From Adineta vaga (taxonomy: Eukaryota > Animalia > Rotifera), in NCBI GenBank assembly GCA_021613535.1, contig CP075494.1, positions 1,736,001 to 1,800,000 of the forward strand: a stretch of 64,000 nt of DNA. Reading direction: 5' to 3'. The position numbers were made by a program, and so were the translations under genes. Shown here in pieces: positions 59,627 through 64,000 of the stretch (the stretch's first letter is position 1; every line of letters begins with the position of its first letter). The notes under the pieces are model-generated. The model saw nothing but the letters and a program-made list of their open reading frames with translations. It did not search any database and was not told where the DNA came from.

Positions 59627-61197
59627 TTAAGATATATCAAGAAAAGTCTGTATCAATGGCGCGATCTTATCTACAGTGTCAGGTGTTATAAATTGGTTCA
59701 GAAAAGTATCTCGACATTGTTTAGATGTTGATTGCATTTGAAACATCACTTGAATTAATTGAATGAACTTTTTCTGTGCTATTATTTCACCTTCTTTGTT
59801 AGCCATGTAATTCCAAAGAATAGAAGTATAACGTGATTGAACTTCATATATCGTCTGTGGATCTTTGAATATTGGTTCATTGTCACTCATTGATAAACCA
59901 CGAGAAAATAGAAAAACGACCAGACAAAGAGATAAAAATATTGGATCTTGATCGGTAATATGAACAAGTGAAACAACTATATTAATAAATGATTGACGCA
60001 TGTGAGATGGTACTCCACATAATTCAAAAAAATAACGATGTTTTACTGCTACAGCACATTCATCATCTGAGAAACAATCATTGATTGCTCGATAGCTATA
60101 AGAATTAGAAAGTGGAAAAAGCGAAAACATATTGTATTTAATCAAGATTACTCGATCATCCATATGTAAATTTTCGAATTCATTTACTTGACGGAAAAAA
60201 TTAATAAGACTTAGTGCAATCTTGTTGGTGAATTGTGACCAGGCAATAATAGCTGAAGTACGATCTGTAAAATCATAATAACTAATACATTGTACGCCTG
60301 TATGATGAAAGTAAGATTTAAATGAGGATTGAACATTTTGAATTGTTAGCCAATCGTCAATGGGTACAATATCAATTAACATACTGACTGATCGATCAAA
60401 TAAAATATTATCATCGTTTATATTCATTAATAACTACAAAAAAAATCATCTTTATCTCATATAGATACAATAATATTTACTTGATCAATTTCATCCATGG
60501 TTTCTTCAGGATTTGTTGTAGAAGTCATTGCCACAACTCGATTCTCTTCCATTCGTTTTTTTCTCTCTAGTTTTTTTTCTTCACTCTGGACATAATCTCT
60601 TCGCATTCCCATCAGCAAACATTTATTCAATCGACATTGCGCACATTTACGTCGAACATCATTTCCAACTGAACATTGACTTTGACCTGTGATGCAACGA
60701 ATCTTCTCCTAAACATTTCATACATATACATATATACATCTTCTAATGTAGAAAGAAAACAAAACAAACCATTGATTGATGAGCATTTCGACGAAAGAAT
60801 GCTTTACATGAATTACATGAGAGTGCATTATAGTTATATCCAATAGCTTGATCACCACAAACAACACAAATCAGATCATTTGATTTCTTTCGATTTTGAC
60901 TTGATTTGATTCGTTTTGGTTGTGGTGGATCGAGTGCATCTTTATAAAGTTGATCATTGTTGGAATTCTAAAAAAGAAATAGCTTCAGTGCCTGATAAAC
61001 GATATAATTATGCGCACAGATTCAAAAATTTTATTGAGAATGTCCATGTTTATATCATTATTGTTCGTTGTCAGAGAAGATAACGATTGATTATTATCCA
61101 GATCAATAATTTGTGTATTTAAAGATTTGTTGAATGCAAATTGTCGAATAAGATCTTCATCACTCGTGACGATTATCAGTTTTGTTTGACCTGCCAT
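59627..61197 (-). CDS. Nuclear hormone receptor, NR1I/NR1J (VDR/HR96/DAF-12)-like, 4 exons
   Basis: [32 protein letters not shown] / CITGQSQC...[20 protein letters not shown] signature [21 protein letters not shown] and terminal [10 protein letters not shown]. Confidence 0.9.
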
Positions 61198-62306
61198 GGT
61201 TTTTTTATTTTAACAAACGTGAAAAGTGAGTAAGAGAAAAACAAAATGACAGTAAAATGTGTTTCTGTTTTTCTTTGAGTGGTAGAAAGAAAAATGAAAA
61301 ACAACATCGACGTATGCGCATGATTATATGACTCATCAAGGAAAAAGTTTACTCGCTACTGTCTTCACGAATAATATTCAACGCTTATTGAAGATAATCA
61401 TTAGACACATAAAGAGAGTAAAGACTGTTCCTTTCGATGAATATAATTCATGGAAACTAACTTTTGAAAAAAAATTTGATAAAGTTTAGGAAGAAGTACT
61501 CAAGAGCTGATGCTATATGGATTGGTATCCTATGCTTATTTGTATTCGTACGAATTACAAGCAAACATAAATTACTTATTGACAATATTAGAAATGATAA
61601 TTCGCGTTGGAAAGAATAATTTCCAAAGGAATTTCTCATCCTGTGGTGTATGTGAATACGAAATAAAGCTAAAGTATTAGTTACGAAAATACGGTATTCT
61701 TAGGAGTAATTTATTATGGCTTGATTCAATGGATTTTATGTATCATAATAGCAATGATGGCTTTTGTCATTTTTTCACAAAAGAATAAACTTTCAGTTAC
61801 TACATTATTTTCTCACAGAGATCATACATAGTAAAATATTTTTTTATTCAGCTGTTGTAACTTAATTTCCAGGAATTTTTTTCTTAAAGCTTAAAAACAT
61901 GAACGAACGAACGAACGATCTGAAATAAGTCTTAAGCAAATATTTGGTAATTTTTGTAGTCTGAATATTGCGAAAAATAATTTCATTGCACAAAACGGCG
62001 TCATTGGCTGCTTCTTTCAAAATAACTCACCATGTTATTATTCATTATATTGAATCTGGCGGCACTATGTCATGACGACGGTTATTAACAATGACTAATA
62101 TAAATTATTGTGCTGTATATACCATCAATATCCGAAAAAAATTAGCAGATCACATAGTTTTTGACGGCTTCCTGTGGTATCACTCTATGCCAATACATTC
62201 GTATCGTGGGCATTTCGAAAAAGATTAACATATATTGCTATTATTGATTCAAGTAGAATACTATTAAAACAACCTTCATTAGACGAGAGGCACCAAAAAA
62301 CAAAAC

Positions 62307-63150
62307 ATCCCGTTACTAACATTGAGTGTGGACGATTATATTTTATTAGTTTTATTATTACTTGCTTCGGCTATTATCGGTGCTATCTTTGGATTTTTCA
62401 AATCGAAGAAAAATTCAGCGAAAGAATTTCTTCTCGGTGAGTCAACTGTACACTAATATAATACAGTAATACTATAATCTAAGCTGTTTAGCTGATGGTG
62501 GTATGGGAGTAATTCCTACTGCCTTAAGTATTATGGTTTCATTTATTTCGGCTATTATTTTTCTTGGTACACCTGTCGAAGTTTATATGTATGGAACTAT
62601 GTTTTGGTATCAAGGTAACTATATACACAATATTACATCATTGATAGCAGCATTTGTATTTATACCAAAATTTTGTGATATATATTTTACCAGTGCCTAT
62701 GAAGTAAGCGTTATTGAAAAAAAAGAAAAGGAAATAGATTAGAAGAAATAAGAGATTTAAGTATTTAGAGAAACGTTTTGACCAGTCAGTTCGTGTGTCG
62801 GCTTCAATGGTATTTTCCATCTATTATGGTAAGATAAAAGACTGTCACTCGGGTTTCCATATTTCACATTTTGAGTGTCACACGTATGTATAGCTTATCT
62901 TCATGGCATTAGTACTTTATGCACGTGCACTAACACTCAGCCAAAGTATGCGGTAAAGTAAGAAAAACAAATTGCTCGTAATTCATGAAGTTTGATTTCT
63001 ACCTAGCAACCGGATTAAATATTTGGCTATCAGTAATTTCAATTGGTGTTATTTGTACTTTCTATTCATCAGTAGTAAGTTAACGTATAATTTTTAGCAA
63101 CTATCTTCATCATAATTTGATTCTTGGGGGTAGAATGAAAGCAGTCATAT
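62307..63150 (+). pseudogene. Sodium:solute symporter (SLC5A5/6/8-like), N-terminal part only
   Basis: Exons encode DYILLV..SAIIG..F, EFLL|ADGGMGVIPTALSIMVSFISAI..LGTP.EVYMYG, TSAYE|YLEKRF, MALVLYA.AL.LSQ|TGLN, CTFYS, GG.MKAVI. Homology stops there and no clear ATG is visible. Confidence 0.85.
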
Positions 63151-64000
63151 TCTTACTTCAAAATAATAATGAAAAATACGCAGTTTTAAAAAATGAATCA
63201 TCTACTTCGTGTGCAGACTGGTGGAAGGCTTTTGGATATCCATCGAAATTAGGTGACGATGGTGAATATGATCCAATTAAAGGATTCGTTAGTTGTTTCA
63301 AATGTCTTAATACATTTATTTATAACAGTAGCAGTGGTACTATACGTCTAAAACAACATGCAAATACATGCTTTGGAACTTCATCAAATTGGACTTCTTC
63401 AAACTCAACGGATTCAATTGATTCTTCACCACTTATACAAGGTACACTTAATCATCATGACTTCAAGAAAAACTCAAAACTAGCTGACAAACAAATCGAT
63501 AATATATAAAATAACTATCTGCTCAATGGGTTTGTCATGATCTTCGTCCATTTTCTACATTAGATGCCATTGGATTTCGCAATCTTGCCCAAGAATTAAT
63601 TCGTATAGGTATATTTTCATTTGAATTGACAAAGAAAAGATTTAATCTTCTTTTAGGACATAAACATGGTGCTGTAGATGTTGACAATGTTCTTCGAGGT
63701 CGTCATACGATATCAAGAACGGTTTATGATCTAACAGATTCTTATCGACAACTTATGAAGAAAAAACTAGCTGAACCAATTGCGCACATGCTGTTAGATA
63801 TGTCCTGACTTCTGGTCTGATCCATAGAGAAATATTTCTTATTTAGGTTTAAATATATCATTTGTTGATGCCGACTACAAATCATATTCTATTGATTCAT
63901 TTTGTCGACCATTTTCTGGTATTAAATCAAGTGAAATGGTTCTTAAAGTAAGTTAATAATAGAAAAAAATATTGACTCTAATAGTGTGTTGATGAGATAT
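63150..64000 (+). mobile_element. Degraded hAT transposase fragment (runs off the window)
   Basis: BED finger (WWKAF..VSCFKC...GT.RLKQH..C), DLRPFS.L...GFRNL, GRHTISR, PDFWSD, SYLGLN; contains stops and frameshifts. Confidence 0.8.

Overview
AT-rich eukaryotic DNA with short (~55-65 nt) GT-AG introns. The gene content (intronless LDLa/EGF-7TM receptor, NHL-repeat protein, NR1-type nuclear receptors, TGTGGG-like motifs) fits a bdelloid rotifer best, which is an inference. The window is TE-rich and heavily rearranged. From left to right: (1) a decayed LDLa-EGF-GPCR gene split by a complete 5.7 kb CACTA/CMC transposon carrying two genes; (2) an NHL double-propeller gene; (3) a gene with three tandem 'TM - Cys-rich loop - TM' modules; (4) a Tc1 remnant followed by a 4x118 bp tandem repeat; (5) a hAT element (8 bp TSD) with an apparently intact piggyBac nested in its transposase; (6) several MITEs; (7) a ~21 kb interrupted inverted duplication (34.8-56.1 kb). 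Its two head-to-head genes share a near-identical prepro exon but have very different EGF cargo; one has 22 tandem single-EGF exons plus an unrecognised Cys-rich C-terminal domain; (8) a small Gly-rich gene; (9) tandem nuclear receptors, one intact and one pseudogene, with an atypical P-box; (10) a truncated SLC5 gene joined to a hAT fragment. A dispersed family of short telomere-repeat-like hairpins (TCTTGAG...CTCAAGA) recurs throughout. All calls come from visual reading only; no database searches were run.
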